A program made the position numbers and the translations under genes. From NCBI GenBank assembly GCA_046116545.1, contig CP175956.1:769734-833733 (forward strand): a DNA stretch of 64,000 nt, written 5' to 3'. The notes below the pieces were generated by a model. That model saw nothing but the letters and a program-made list of their open reading frames with translations. It ran no database searches and was not told where the DNA came from. Positions 39,981 through 50,101 of this stretch are shown here, piece by piece (positions within the stretch are counted from its first letter, which is position 1; every line of letters begins with the position of its first letter). This DNA comes from Candidatus Moraniibacteriota bacterium. Its GTDB lineage: Bacteria > Patescibacteriota > Minisyncoccia > Moranbacterales > GCA-2747515.

Positions 39981-40010
39981 TGTAGAGACGCGATTAATCG
40001 CGTCTCTACA
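39981..40010. promoter_or_regulatory. 30-bp perfect palindrome TGTAGAGACGCGATTAATCGCGTCTCTACA, 12 nt upstream of the serS start
   Basis: Seen directly. A near-identical copy lies at 50054-50083, upstream of lysS. Confidence 0.5.
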
Positions 40011-40021
40011 GTTTTATATAA

Positions 40022-40363
40022 TTAATCTACAATTTTGTGTTGTTCTGGATCAAAAGCTGGTGCACACGTTATCACAAGAGATAATTCATCAGCATCCAAC
40101 CAGAATTTTTCTTTTTTTTCAAAGAAATATACATCTCCTTTTTCAATATTAAAATCACCTTTTTCACTGTGAATCACTGCCGAACCAGATCTTACATAAT
40201 ATATCTCCTCAAGCTCAAGATTAACCACCCGCTTTTCATCTGGAAATCGTCCATCAATGTATGCTGTCGCAACATTGAAATTTTCAGTTTGAGTATCATA
40301 TTCCCACACTGTACATTTATCTGAATTAGATACTTGTTTTGCATCTGTTTTTTTTACTAACAT
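40022..40363 (-). CDS. cupin-domain protein
   Basis: 113 aa with beta-rich segments and the typical cupin size (…YYVRSGSAVIHSEKGDFNIEKGDVYFF…). Confidence 0.45.
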   Translation of the reverse strand: MLVKKTDAKQVSNSDKCTVWEYDTQTENFNVATAYIDGRFPDEKRVVNLELEEIYYVRSGSAVIHSEKGDFNIEKGDVYFFEKKEKFWLDADELSLVITCAPAFDPEQHKIVD

Positions 40364-40381
40364 ATTTTTTGATTATTTTTT

Positions 40382-41179
40382 CTACTTAGATGTAATATCA
40401 AACTTTACCATATTCCAATCTAAATCATAATTACTACTACTTGGTTCATCTAAATGCAGCACTATTGACGATAAATGGTTTAATTTAGGAAAGACCAAAA
40501 CACCGTCCTCCTCAACCCCTGGCAGAATCTCACTCTGCAATTTGTCTACATCATCAGACACATATTCTTCTTCAAACTGTTTATCATCTTGTACAACCTT
40601 TGAATCATACGTATAAAATCTAACAGACTCAGAACTATCATTTTTCAATTTAATATAAAACCTGGTCTCATTATCAGCAAATTCAATTTTATCTAAAGTA
40701 ACCTGAAAATTATTTTGAGACATTGTTTCGTTAACATTTAACTCTTGCACTGTTGGTGCCACCGCATCATTTCTCGTAACTTTTTCAATATTATTTACTA
40801 CAATTACAGGTAGAGAAAGTTCAGCTCCAAATGCATTTTCACCCTCAGAAATTTCCTTAAAGATACCTTCTATGCGAATGTAATCATCATCATTCAATTC
40901 AATGTCTGTATTTTTATAACCTGCCACAAAATTATCATCTTGCTCGCCAGCATTTGCATATGCTTGAAAATAAATACCGTCATCATCTACATCAGGTGAT
41001 AAGAAAATTTGAGCCAACCACTCAATATTACAATTTTTATACTCTTTAGGATTTCCAACCACCATATCATATGAAATACTTTCTCCACAATCTTTATTTT
41101 CATCTATTGACATCTCTGCTACACCACAACCCATTAAAAATAATGCACATCCTATTATTGATATTATTTTGATTTTCAT
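40382..41179 (-). CDS. lipoprotein (signal peptide with lipobox-like IGCALFLMGCG)
   Basis: MKIKIISIIGCALFLMGCGV at the N-terminus and an acidic mature part. Confidence 0.5.
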   Translation of the reverse strand: MKIKIISIIGCALFLMGCGVAEMSIDENKDCGESISYDMVVGNPKEYKNCNIEWLAQIFLSPDVDDDGIYFQAYANAGEQDDNFVAGYKNTDIELNDDDYIRIEGIFKEISEGENAFGAELSLPVIVVNNIEKVTRNDAVAPTVQELNVNETMSQNNFQVTLDKIEFADNETRFYIKLKNDSSESVRFYTYDSKVVQDDKQFEEEYVSDDVDKLQSEILPGVEEDGVLVFPKLNHLSSIVLHLDEPSSSNYDLDWNMVKFDITSK

Positions 41180-41216
41180 AAATTCATTAACTAATGTTAG
41201 AAATTAATTTCTATTG

Positions 41217-41275
41217 CACACTCTTTAAAAGTGGCAATCCATCTCCGCCTGTTGGCACATAAATCGTACATTTAC
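41217..41275. repeat. duplicated fragment of the SPFH gene 3' end (~57 bp, ~90% identity to 41681-41738)
   Basis: ctattgcacactctttaaaagtggcaatccatctccgcctgttggcacataaatcgtac versus tactgcacgctcttaaaaagtggcaatccatctcctcctgttggcacataaatcgtac. Confidence 0.65.
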
Positions 41276-41290
41276 CCTACTTTAATATTC

Positions 41291-41641
41291 TTATTTATAA
41301 TAAACACTAGCTGTTATAGAGCTACTCTCTGACACACTCATTCCCATCTCCTGCAAATTCTTCAAGGAAAACATTTTTTGACCTTCTAAATCTCCTCCCA
41401 TTTCAACATCTCCAAACTTTTCTCCTGTCATTGGATCAAAAAATATCACCACAACCTCACCAGCCTCATATGAATTAATCTGCCAATTGACAGTTATATT
41501 AAATTCACCACCTTCGAATGAAGTGCTAACACCTTGATTAAGATATTCAAACTTTTCTCTTCTCTCATTTCCCTCTCGCTCATTTTTCATTTCTTCTTGA
41601 GGTACTACTGCATCTACAGACTCCATTGTAAATTTTTCCAT
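41291..41641 (-). CDS. hypothetical protein
   Basis: 116 aa ORF. Confidence 0.35.
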   Translation of the reverse strand: MEKFTMESVDAVVPQEEMKNEREGNERREKFEYLNQGVSTSFEGGEFNITVNWQINSYEAGEVVVIFFDPMTGEKFGDVEMGGDLEGQKMFSLKNLQEMGMSVSESSSITASVYYK

Positions 41642-41679
41642 TTTTTTTATGTTACTGCCATCAATTACACACTTTTTTG

Positions 41680-42720
41680 TTACTGCACGCTCTTAAAAAG
41701 TGGCAATCCATCTCCTCCTGTTGGCACATAAATCGTACCTACACGGTCTTTAAGTTCTTTGATATACATGTATTGAAGATATTTTGGTGTAAGTGACTCT
41801 GAGATTGTTATTTGTGCATCACGTTGACCTTCTGCTTCAATTCGTTTTCTGTCTGCTTCTTTCTTCTCTTTTTCTAAAATGAAATCATATTTTTGTGCAT
41901 CTTGCTCTGCTTGAAGTTTTTCTTGGATACTTGCAGATAATTTTGCTGGCAATGTTACATTCCTAAGTAATACCTGTTCAACAGCAATTCCTCTTGGTTC
42001 AATTGACTCTACCATTCTTTCTTGAATTTTTTGTGATACTTCCGCACGTTTTTCACTGTATACATCCTTTGCATTGTACTGCGCTATGATTTCACGAATT
42101 ATACTACGAATCTCAGGACGAATAATTTTTTCTTGATAATTCAATCCTAACTCTCTATATACATCTGACGCTTTATTTTCATTCAAATGATAAAAAACTG
42201 TAATATCCAAATCGATTGGCAATCCTTCATTTGTCAAAGCTGAAATTTGATCAGCACCAGCCTTTAGTCCCTCACCTTGCATACCACTCATTGTGTATTC
42301 TTCTGTCCGTATAGTCATACGTTCAATGTGCTCAAGTGGATTAATAACATGTAATCCCGATGAAATTTCTTTATCTTTAACCTTACCAAAAAGTGTACGC
42401 ACACCCGTTGAACCTGCTGGTATTACTATAAAAATATTAAATAGAATAATTATTACAATAAATGCTCCAATTCCCAAAAAAATTTTACCTTTCATATTAT
42501 TTATACTTACTGATTTATTAGCTGTTGTGTATGATGCTGTCTTTGGTTTTACATTCCTTGTCGAGTATTCTCGAAATTTATCAAATGCTTCTTTTGCTGG
42601 ATTTTGCGACATCCTGATAATATTTGGATTGCCTGTTTGCTGACCTATTTCCGATAAAACTTTTTTTATCAGCATATAGATAACAAATCCCCAAAACAAT
42701 ATACTAAAAATTGTTCCCAT
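41680..42720 (-). CDS. SPFH/band-7 domain membrane protein (HflK/C-prohibitin-like)
   Basis: N-terminal TM segment, an SPFH core, and a C-terminal coiled region EKEKKEADRKRIEAEGQRDAQ. Confidence 0.65.
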   Translation of the reverse strand: MGTIFSILFWGFVIYMLIKKVLSEIGQQTGNPNIIRMSQNPAKEAFDKFREYSTRNVKPKTASYTTANKSVSINNMKGKIFLGIGAFIVIIILFNIFIVIPAGSTGVRTLFGKVKDKEISSGLHVINPLEHIERMTIRTEEYTMSGMQGEGLKAGADQISALTNEGLPIDLDITVFYHLNENKASDVYRELGLNYQEKIIRPEIRSIIREIIAQYNAKDVYSEKRAEVSQKIQERMVESIEPRGIAVEQVLLRNVTLPAKLSASIQEKLQAEQDAQKYDFILEKEKKEADRKRIEAEGQRDAQITISESLTPKYLQYMYIKELKDRVGTIYVPTGGDGLPLFKSVQ

Positions 42721-42963
42721 ATATTTTTAATTTGTAATTATATGTTTAATACTACATTGAATGTGTGCACTGGTCAAAGTTGATTCTCGTAACTATTCAC
42801 CTTTATTTGAAAAGCTATCGTCTTTGCGAGTAGAAGTCATATTTATTGTGTTTTGCGAAGCAATCCCCGTAATATAATCAATGACCTCAAAGAGATTGCT
42901 TCGATTGACTACATATAATATCCCAACCACTCGCAATGACAATCGTGTTGAAGAGATTGAAGT

Positions 42964-44139
42964 TTACTTTTTTCTGAAAATATATAAATACAAGCCACTT
43001 AATAAAACAAAGAATCCTATTCCAAAAAACATATAACCTTGTTGTGCACCAAATCGCCCAATTGCATATCCCAAAATTAGTGGCACCCATATAGCATTAA
43101 ATGCCTCAAAAAATGAATACATTGATAAGTATGTTGCTTTTAAATTTTGTGTTGGACAATTTTTTAATAAATGTGCATGAACTAATATTCTACGAATTCT
43201 TCCATATCCACCATATAAAATAAATATTCCTACAGCAAAAAACACATTTGATATCAGTCCAACCAAAATACTGATAGTACATACAAATAAAAAATCAGCT
43301 AAATAAAATGTTTTTGCCTCGTATTTTTCAAGTTTATGAACATGGTATGTCAAAATAATACCCGCGATACCCATAAGTGAATATACAAAACCAAAAAACC
43401 ACATTGGAACACCAATGTCTTGGAAATACAATTCTTTAAATTCTGGAAATTTATTATATAAAGCAGTTACTAAACCAAGAAAGAAAAATAACAAGATTTC
43501 ACCTCTATGATTCACAGATTTTAATAATGCAAAAAAACCATCGTGAATTTTTTCATTTATTTTTTTGTGTTCTTTACGTGGAGTTGTAAAAAACAAACTA
43601 ACAATAAATCCCATGGATTGCAATATAAAGCCTACTACAAACGGTAATCGTGGATCAATACTGTATGTCAACGGAACCAGAGCAACAAGAAAAATATTTC
43701 CAAACAATCCCCACCTCTGTGCACGTGCTGCTACTTTACCAAACTCATCATCACGACCAAGTTCAATTAATGTCTCATGTAAAAATGCTTGCATTGTTCC
43801 AGAATGAAATGACCCTCCAGCATAAAACACAACAGTTGCAAACAGTACACCATAAAAATTCGGATACAATATAAATCCAAGAGGTGCAATCATTATGAGA
43901 AATGATCCAAAAATAATAGCTTTTTTGTGGCCAAGCTTATCAGATATATAACCACTTGGAATCTCCAAAACCATGGACGCAAGTGCAGCTATTGCAGCAA
44001 TAACACCGAACTGTTCAACAGACAATCCTGCATATACAGTGACATAAATAATAATCACTGCAAGATATGTTCTTTTGTGAAAAACACGTAACAATGCGTA
44101 TAACCACAAATTTCTTTCTAATCCTTTTTTATAATTCAT
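42964..44139 (-). CDS. MFS-type transporter
   Basis: 391 aa with ~12 hydrophobic helices and an MFS motif-like GRLSDKLGHKK (compare ISDKLGHKKAI). Confidence 0.6.
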   Translation of the reverse strand: MNYKKGLERNLWLYALLRVFHKRTYLAVIIIYVTVYAGLSVEQFGVIAAIAALASMVLEIPSGYISDKLGHKKAIIFGSFLIMIAPLGFILYPNFYGVLFATVVFYAGGSFHSGTMQAFLHETLIELGRDDEFGKVAARAQRWGLFGNIFLVALVPLTYSIDPRLPFVVGFILQSMGFIVSLFFTTPRKEHKKINEKIHDGFFALLKSVNHRGEILLFFFLGLVTALYNKFPEFKELYFQDIGVPMWFFGFVYSLMGIAGIILTYHVHKLEKYEAKTFYLADFLFVCTISILVGLISNVFFAVGIFILYGGYGRIRRILVHAHLLKNCPTQNLKATYLSMYSFFEAFNAIWVPLILGYAIGRFGAQQGYMFFGIGFFVLLSGLYLYIFRKK

Positions 44140-44141
44140 AT

Positions 44142-45218
44142 TTATTTTTCACCACTTTCAAAATCTACTCTTTTAATTTCAATTGAATCAATAGGCGTAT
44201 AAAACATTGTTAAGTTTGGTTGTCCATCTGTCACAGTGAGTTCATAATATGATTGTGGATATAATTCACTTTTCTTTGTACCTGTTAATGAATAAATGTC
44301 AGTTCTGTTTACTTTCTCATGTCTACGTGCTTCCATATGTCCATTAAACAATCCATCAACACGATATTCTTCAAAAATATCCTGTAATTCATCAGCATTT
44401 TTAATTGACTGTTTCATCTTGAACTCATCACTATCATCCTTTAAATCTCCAGGGGTATTAGATTGAAATACACCATGATGCATAAACACGAATACACGTT
44501 TATTTGTTTCTAATTGCTTTTTGAACCATTCAATTTCTTGTGGTGGCATATTGCCCCGAATATAAGAATTGCCCTCTGGTGAACGTGGAAGATTATCAGC
44601 ATTATAATTCGCATCAAGAATGATGAATCTATAATCACCAACATCAAAAGATTGATTGATAGAATCTAAATTCAAAGTTTCTTTAAATTGTTCTCTTGTG
44701 ACACTACGCAGATCATGATTTCCTATCACCCAATACAACGGCACATCTGTTTTTTTTATTTCTTTTTCAACCAATTCAAGTCCTTGTATACCCACAAAAT
44801 CTTCATCATTAGTTCCTTCAATTACATCGCCCAAATGTACAATAAATTCTGGTTGAAACTCAGTCATCTGACTTACAAACTTATCAAGCACCTTTATGTA
44901 TTTTTCATTTAGGTAACGAGGTGCATCATCTACTTTATTTGTTTTATCAATACGATTTGGATGTACATGTGTATCTGTTATAACTCCAATTTTTATATCT
45001 TGCTGTGTTTGGAGTTTTTTATGCCAAATCGGTATTGCGTCATAAATCCTTTTTGCTTCAGCAAAATTATTTTGTGTACGTCTATTATCATTAGTTTCAT
45101 TTGTTTTGTAAAAAATAAGCCCCACTACAAAAATAGCTACAAAAACACTAACGATTATTATATACTTTTTCATATTATTTTTTACTAATTTTACGCATTT
45201 ATTCAATAACTTCTGCAC
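44142..45218 (-). CDS. calcineurin-like metallophosphoesterase with N-terminal TM anchor
   Basis: IGVITDTHVHP (motif I DxH), HLGDVIEGT (GD), VIGNHD (GNH[DE]), FMHHGV. Confidence 0.65.
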   Translation of the reverse strand: MQKLLNKCVKLVKNNMKKYIIIVSVFVAIFVVGLIFYKTNETNDNRRTQNNFAEAKRIYDAIPIWHKKLQTQQDIKIGVITDTHVHPNRIDKTNKVDDAPRYLNEKYIKVLDKFVSQMTEFQPEFIVHLGDVIEGTNDEDFVGIQGLELVEKEIKKTDVPLYWVIGNHDLRSVTREQFKETLNLDSINQSFDVGDYRFIILDANYNADNLPRSPEGNSYIRGNMPPQEIEWFKKQLETNKRVFVFMHHGVFQSNTPGDLKDDSDEFKMKQSIKNADELQDIFEEYRVDGLFNGHMEARRHEKVNRTDIYSLTGTKKSELYPQSYYELTVTDGQPNLTMFYTPIDSIEIKRVDFESGEK

Positions 45219-46185
45219 CTGTTAATTTTTTATTTTGTATTTCATTTAATACTTTTTTTACATCCTTCATCATTTCATCATCAAGTATAGACATAGTTAC
45301 AACCTTAGGATTTTCTTTTTTCAGATTTTCAACTATTTCAGCCAATTCTTCTTCTGTCTTTTCATCTGCCTTACTTATTATTATCCATTCTTGTTTTTTC
45401 ATCATTTCTGGATTAAAAACTTCCAATTCTTCACGAATTGCTTTGTAATCAGCTACAGGATCTTCACTATCAGCTGCCACAAAATGAAATAGAACTCGTG
45501 TTCTTTCTACATGTCTGAGAAACTTATGTCCTAATCCCTTACCTTCAGCAGCGCCGCTTATAAGTCCTGGTATATCTGCTAGAATCAAATCATAATACAC
45601 ACCTAGATGCGCTTCTAACGTTGTAAAATGATAATTTGCAACTTTACTTGATGCATTTGTAAGCTCATTTAAAAGACTAGACTTTCCAACATTTGGATAC
45701 CCTATAAATCCGATATCTGCCATCATTTTGAGTTCCAATCGCAAATCAATTTTACCACCTGGCTTTCCTAGATTTGCATGCTCTGGAGTTGTGTTTCTAC
45801 TAGATCGAAAATGATGATTTCCAAATCCTCCATTACCACCTCGAACAACTAATACTTCTTGTCCAAGATTTGTAATATCATAAACTTTATCACTAGTAAG
45901 GTCATGTGCCACTGTTCCAACTGGTACAGGGATTATTGTATTTTCTCCACCTCTGCCACTCCTCATATTTTGCTCTCCATCTTTACCTACTCCAGCTTTT
46001 ACATTTTTCTTATGTCGAAAAGGACGCAATGCTCCCAAATCAGAAACTCCTCGCAATATAATATCACCACCTTTTCCACCATTTCCTCCAGCAGGGCCTT
46101 GTTCAAATTTAATCTTAGAAAAACGTACAACACCACTTCCGCCATGTCCCGCTTTTGCTTCAATTGTTACGTCATCTACAATCAT
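45199..46185 (-). CDS. obg: GTPase Obg
   Basis: Gly-rich Obg fold at the N-terminus (KAGHGGSGVV, GGNGGKGGDII), then a G-domain with GYPNVGKSSLLN and DIPGLI. Confidence 0.85.
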   Translation of the reverse strand: MIVDDVTIEAKAGHGGSGVVRFSKIKFEQGPAGGNGGKGGDIILRGVSDLGALRPFRHKKNVKAGVGKDGEQNMRSGRGGENTIIPVPVGTVAHDLTSDKVYDITNLGQEVLVVRGGNGGFGNHHFRSSRNTTPEHANLGKPGGKIDLRLELKMMADIGFIGYPNVGKSSLLNELTNASSKVANYHFTTLEAHLGVYYDLILADIPGLISGAAEGKGLGHKFLRHVERTRVLFHFVAADSEDPVADYKAIREELEVFNPEMMKKQEWIIISKADEKTEEELAEIVENLKKENPKVVTMSILDDEMMKDVKKVLNEIQNKKLTGAEVIE

Positions 46186-46212
46186 ATCTAATATATTATT
46201 TAAAAAAATTTA

Positions 46213-46620
46213 CTACTCCCCATTTAATAATGAAGACTTATACACACCTGGATTATATGACTTTGCTCTAACTATCACAAAGTCTTGTTCATCTTCATTT
46301 GCCAGTTCGTATAATTCATCTATGAAATGCTCTTGATCATATCCCAACAAAATAACGTCTGGTTTATGCTCACGCACAACACAACATTTATCATCACATG
46401 TTGAACCGAGTATAATATCATCAAGTACACTTATTTGCAATAGTTCAGCCAGTCTATCACATTCATCACACTCAGGCTTCCTACCCTTAACTTTCTCAAC
46501 AGTCTCATCACGAGCTACAACAGCCATCACCCAATCACCATGTTCAGCAGCCTGCTCAAACAAAGAACGATGCCCATCATGCACTTTATCAAATGTACCA
46601 AATATCATTACTTTTTTCAT
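46213..46620 (-). CDS. cytidylyltransferase-family nucleotidyltransferase (HxGH class; RibL/TagD-like)
   Basis: MIFGTFDKVHDGHRSLF matches (G)TFDxxHxGH. Confidence 0.5.
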   Translation of the reverse strand: MKKVMIFGTFDKVHDGHRSLFEQAAEHGDWVMAVVARDETVEKVKGRKPECDECDRLAELLQISVLDDIILGSTCDDKCCVVREHKPDVILLGYDQEHFIDELYELANEDEQDFVIVRAKSYNPGVYKSSLLNGE

Positions 46621-46683
46621 ATAGTTTAATTTATAGTAACCAAGTCACTATGTCTAGCGACCTGGTTACTATTTAAATTATTT

Positions 46684-47289
46684 TCAATCTTTTTTATCTT
46701 TAGTTCTATCTACCCACCATTGCCCATCCCTATCAAACCACCAATCATCTGGATGTCTTTCGATAAGCTGCTTAGCTAATTTTTTACCATTTTGAGTTTT
46801 AAGTCTTTTTGCCGTAAGCTTTATCCAATGACTTGCACGTTCATTTCCTTTTTCCTGCTCATCTCTAAGCATTGCTAACAACTCTAAATTATCGGCCTCT
46901 TTTACAATCTGCGCTTCAATTGTTTCTCGTTTTTTTAATTCTAACAGTGTTTGTTCTACATCATCTCCAAATGATACCTGAGAAAATGCATCTTTGATAG
47001 CAGCTTTTTCATCTACTTTTGTATATTTTTGATGTACATAATTAGCGTCAGCCGTCCTTGCTTCTGCAAAATCATGAAATAATGCCATAACAAGAACTTT
47101 GTTACTATCAACAGACTCATCCATTTGAGCTAACATATATGCAATTATCGCCGTACGAAATGAATGCTCTGCCACATTCTGTTTTCCCGTTCCTAAATAC
47201 CAAAAACCACTCCTAGGTGTTTTTGCTAAAATACCAGCTTCATAAATAAAATCTGCACTACTGTCAAAATTGAGATTCTTTATTGTCAT
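46684..47289 (-). CDS. HD-domain phosphohydrolase (YfbR-like 5'-deoxynucleotidase family)
   Basis: HSFRTAIIAYMLAQM ... LFHDFAEARTAD (H...HD...D). Confidence 0.55.
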   Translation of the reverse strand: MTIKNLNFDSSADFIYEAGILAKTPRSGFWYLGTGKQNVAEHSFRTAIIAYMLAQMDESVDSNKVLVMALFHDFAEARTADANYVHQKYTKVDEKAAIKDAFSQVSFGDDVEQTLLELKKRETIEAQIVKEADNLELLAMLRDEQEKGNERASHWIKLTAKRLKTQNGKKLAKQLIERHPDDWWFDRDGQWWVDRTKDKKD

Positions 47290-47320
47290 AAAATTTTACT
47301 TCTGATCTATATCTTATTAT

Positions 47321-47857
47321 TTAACGTGCTTTATGAAACTCTGCTTGCAATGGGAATTGCTTTCCGGCATTCCCTAATTTATCCAATACTTGTAATACAG
47401 TATTTCTTATTTCTTGTGGTCCATTATCACCTAAAATTTCAAAACTGTATTGCGGTTGTCCATTAACTTTAATAACACATGTACCACCTTTATCCATATC
47501 AGGTAACTGCTGCAAAATTTTCATACTTTCATCATCAAACCTACATGAATACAATTTTTTGACATAATCCTTTACCACTGATACTAATTCTGTTTCCAAC
47601 TCTTTTACACCAGCAATAATTTCTCCAAGTTTATTCAATGGCATCCCATTATCAAGTAATTCTTTCATTTTTTCTGCTAATTTCATGACATTTTTATTTT
47701 CAACATTCTCATCACCATTAGCAATAAGAAAAGCTTGCTCAACATCATTTGCACTATAATTTTGCTCACCAATGAACCTCATCAAATCTTGTTCTGACTG
47801 CTCACTTTTTGAACTTGCCGATTCTTGGGTATTAAATTGTGACGATTCACCAATCAT
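47321..47857 (-). CDS. hypothetical protein
   Basis: 178 aa ORF. Confidence 0.35.
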   Translation of the reverse strand: MIGESSQFNTQESASSKSEQSEQDLMRFIGEQNYSANDVEQAFLIANGDENVENKNVMKLAEKMKELLDNGMPLNKLGEIIAGVKELETELVSVVKDYVKKLYSCRFDDESMKILQQLPDMDKGGTCVIKVNGQPQYSFEILGDNGPQEIRNTVLQVLDKLGNAGKQFPLQAEFHKAR

Positions 47858-47915
47858 ACTAATTTATTTTTATTAATTATTTTATTTCCTGTTTTACATA
47901 AATACTCTTTTAAAA

Positions 47916-49982
47916 CTAATCTTTAATATTTTGCAAGGAAGTTAATCCCATTTCCAAAAACTCATCCAAAGACAATCCAATTTTTTCACACTCTAGAATT
48001 TTTTCTCTACTATAACGTTCTGCAAATGTTTTACTTTTGAATTTTTTCTTTAGTGACTTTAACTTCAACTTATTTATATCTTTACTATCTGATACCATCA
48101 CAGTCGCAGAAATCAAACCTGATAACATATCGGCAGCCATCAGAGCATGTTGCAACCTTATTGTTCGTTCTTTATCATTTAACTCTTCAACTTTACCATT
48201 TCCATAACAGTGCGATTTTATAGTCTCAATCAAAAAGTCACTCGCACCCGCCTTTTCCAAGTACTCTGATGCAATTATAGTATGCTTCTCTAGTGCACTT
48301 CTAGTTTCATCTCTATCCAAATCATGCAACAATCCCACAATGCCCCATTTTTCTTCATCTTCCCCAAAGTGTTTTGCTAGCTCTCGCATTATAGATTCAG
48401 TATCTTCTGAGTGCACTTTTGTTGGTAGGGTTGTAACATATTCATCAATTAGCTTATTTGCCTGTTCTAGATTAATACCTAAATCAATATTATTAATGCT
48501 TTCTTCTACATTTTCATTGTTTTTTGGTTTCATAAGTGGAAATAAAGTAACCTCCCTAAGAGTCTTATCTTCCAAAAATGCAAATAGTCTTTCACCAACA
48601 CCAAAACCACAAGTTGGAGGCATTCCATATTCAAGCATCTCTACAAATTCCCAGTCTGGCATCATTGCCTCATCGTCTCCAGCTTTCAACATTTTTTCTT
48701 GCGCTTCAAACCTAACTCTTTGATCAATGGGATCATTTAATTCACTATAACCTGCACCAACTTCAGCACCACCTAATAAAACCTGGAATTTTTCTGATTG
48801 TTCTGGTTTGTCCGCTTTTCTCTTTGCCAAAGGCGCCATAAACACAGGATGATTTACCAAAAATGCTGGACCTGCAATATTTTTACGACAATATTTCCAA
48901 AGTGCATCCGTACGACGTTCTCGGTTGTCTCCCGCATACTTAACCTCTAATTCATTTAATTTATCTCCTAATTCTTCATTTGTCGCGGTTATTACATTTA
49001 TTCCTGTTTGCTTTTCTACTTCTGTAACATAATCAATTTCAATCCATTCATCTGCTAAATCAAATTCTAATCCTCGAGCAATAAACTTAGTAGTTCCATA
49101 AACTTCCTGAGCAATATATCGATACAATTCAGTAACCATTTTCATTCCTTTTTTATAATCAGCATATGCCCAATAGAATTCCATATTTGTAAATTCTTGA
49201 ACATGATTTGGACTTGAACCTTCATTCCTATAAGCTCGTCCAATTTCAAAAGTTTTTTCAAATCCACTAGCCATCAGTCTCTTTTGCCATAATTCACCAA
49301 TTGAAATACGCATAAAAACTGGCATGTCAAAATCATTGTGATGTGTTGCAAATGGTCGTGCCTCTGCCCCACCAGTCGTCACTTCTATTGATGGTGTTTC
49401 TACTTCAAAAAAATCTCTTTCTTCCATGAAGTTACGCATCACACGCCAAAACTTCGCACGTCTCTTGAACATGTCACGAAGTTCAGGATTAAGTACCATA
49501 TCAACATATCGCTTACGAAACTTTTCATCCTCATCCTTAAGTCCAAAATGCTCCACTGGCATTCCTCGGAGTGCTTTTGTAAGCAATTTCCATTCTGTTG
49601 CCATTATAGTTTGTTGACCAGCTTTTGTTGTAAAAACTTTACCAGTAATTTGTACAAAATCACTAGCATCTATAAGTTTTGCAAATGGTTTATAATTATC
49701 TCCAACTTCTTTCTTTGATACAGCAACCTGCATACGCCCACTTTCATCTTCTATATCTGCAAACGACAAGTTACCATGAACTCTTTTTGACCTAAGTCGT
49801 CCACACACAGTTACAATAGTTTCATCTTTTTCAAGTTTTCCAAAATCATTCAAAATATCACCAACTACATAAGTTCTGTCCGAACTAGCTGGATAAGCAA
49901 CTATCTCATGTTCCTTTAATCTATCGAGCTTACTCTTTCGCTCTTCAAATTCACTGATTTTAGTATTTCCTTGTTCGCTCAT
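47916..49982 (-). CDS. lysS: lysyl-tRNA synthetase (class II) with ~190-aa C-terminal HD-domain-like extension
   Basis: Class II core (…FEVETPSIE…, RAYRNEGSSPNHVQEFTNMEFYWAY, GGAEVGAGYSELNDP), then after ~aa 490 HSED...WGIVGLLHDLDRD (H..HD..D). Confidence 0.8.
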   Translation of the reverse strand: MSEQGNTKISEFEERKSKLDRLKEHEIVAYPASSDRTYVVGDILNDFGKLEKDETIVTVCGRLRSKRVHGNLSFADIEDESGRMQVAVSKKEVGDNYKPFAKLIDASDFVQITGKVFTTKAGQQTIMATEWKLLTKALRGMPVEHFGLKDEDEKFRKRYVDMVLNPELRDMFKRRAKFWRVMRNFMEERDFFEVETPSIEVTTGGAEARPFATHHNDFDMPVFMRISIGELWQKRLMASGFEKTFEIGRAYRNEGSSPNHVQEFTNMEFYWAYADYKKGMKMVTELYRYIAQEVYGTTKFIARGLEFDLADEWIEIDYVTEVEKQTGINVITATNEELGDKLNELEVKYAGDNRERRTDALWKYCRKNIAGPAFLVNHPVFMAPLAKRKADKPEQSEKFQVLLGGAEVGAGYSELNDPIDQRVRFEAQEKMLKAGDDEAMMPDWEFVEMLEYGMPPTCGFGVGERLFAFLEDKTLREVTLFPLMKPKNNENVEESINNIDLGINLEQANKLIDEYVTTLPTKVHSEDTESIMRELAKHFGEDEEKWGIVGLLHDLDRDETRSALEKHTIIASEYLEKAGASDFLIETIKSHCYGNGKVEELNDKERTIRLQHALMAADMLSGLISATVMVSDSKDINKLKLKSLKKKFKSKTFAERYSREKILECEKIGLSLDEFLEMGLTSLQNIKD

Positions 49983-50053
49983 AAGATTAATTAACGGTTA
50001 ATAGTTACTATAATACTCCCTACATACTACCTCAAATAATCAAAAAAATCAAA

Positions 50054-50083
50054 AGTAGAGACGCGATTAATCGCATCTCTATA
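50054..50083. promoter_or_regulatory. second copy of the palindrome (AGTAGAGACGCGATTAATCGCATCTCTATA), ~72 nt upstream of lysS and just downstream of greA
   Basis: One mismatch relative to the 39981-40010 copy. Confidence 0.5.
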
Positions 50084-50101
50084 ATTCACTAAAATTAAAT
50101 T

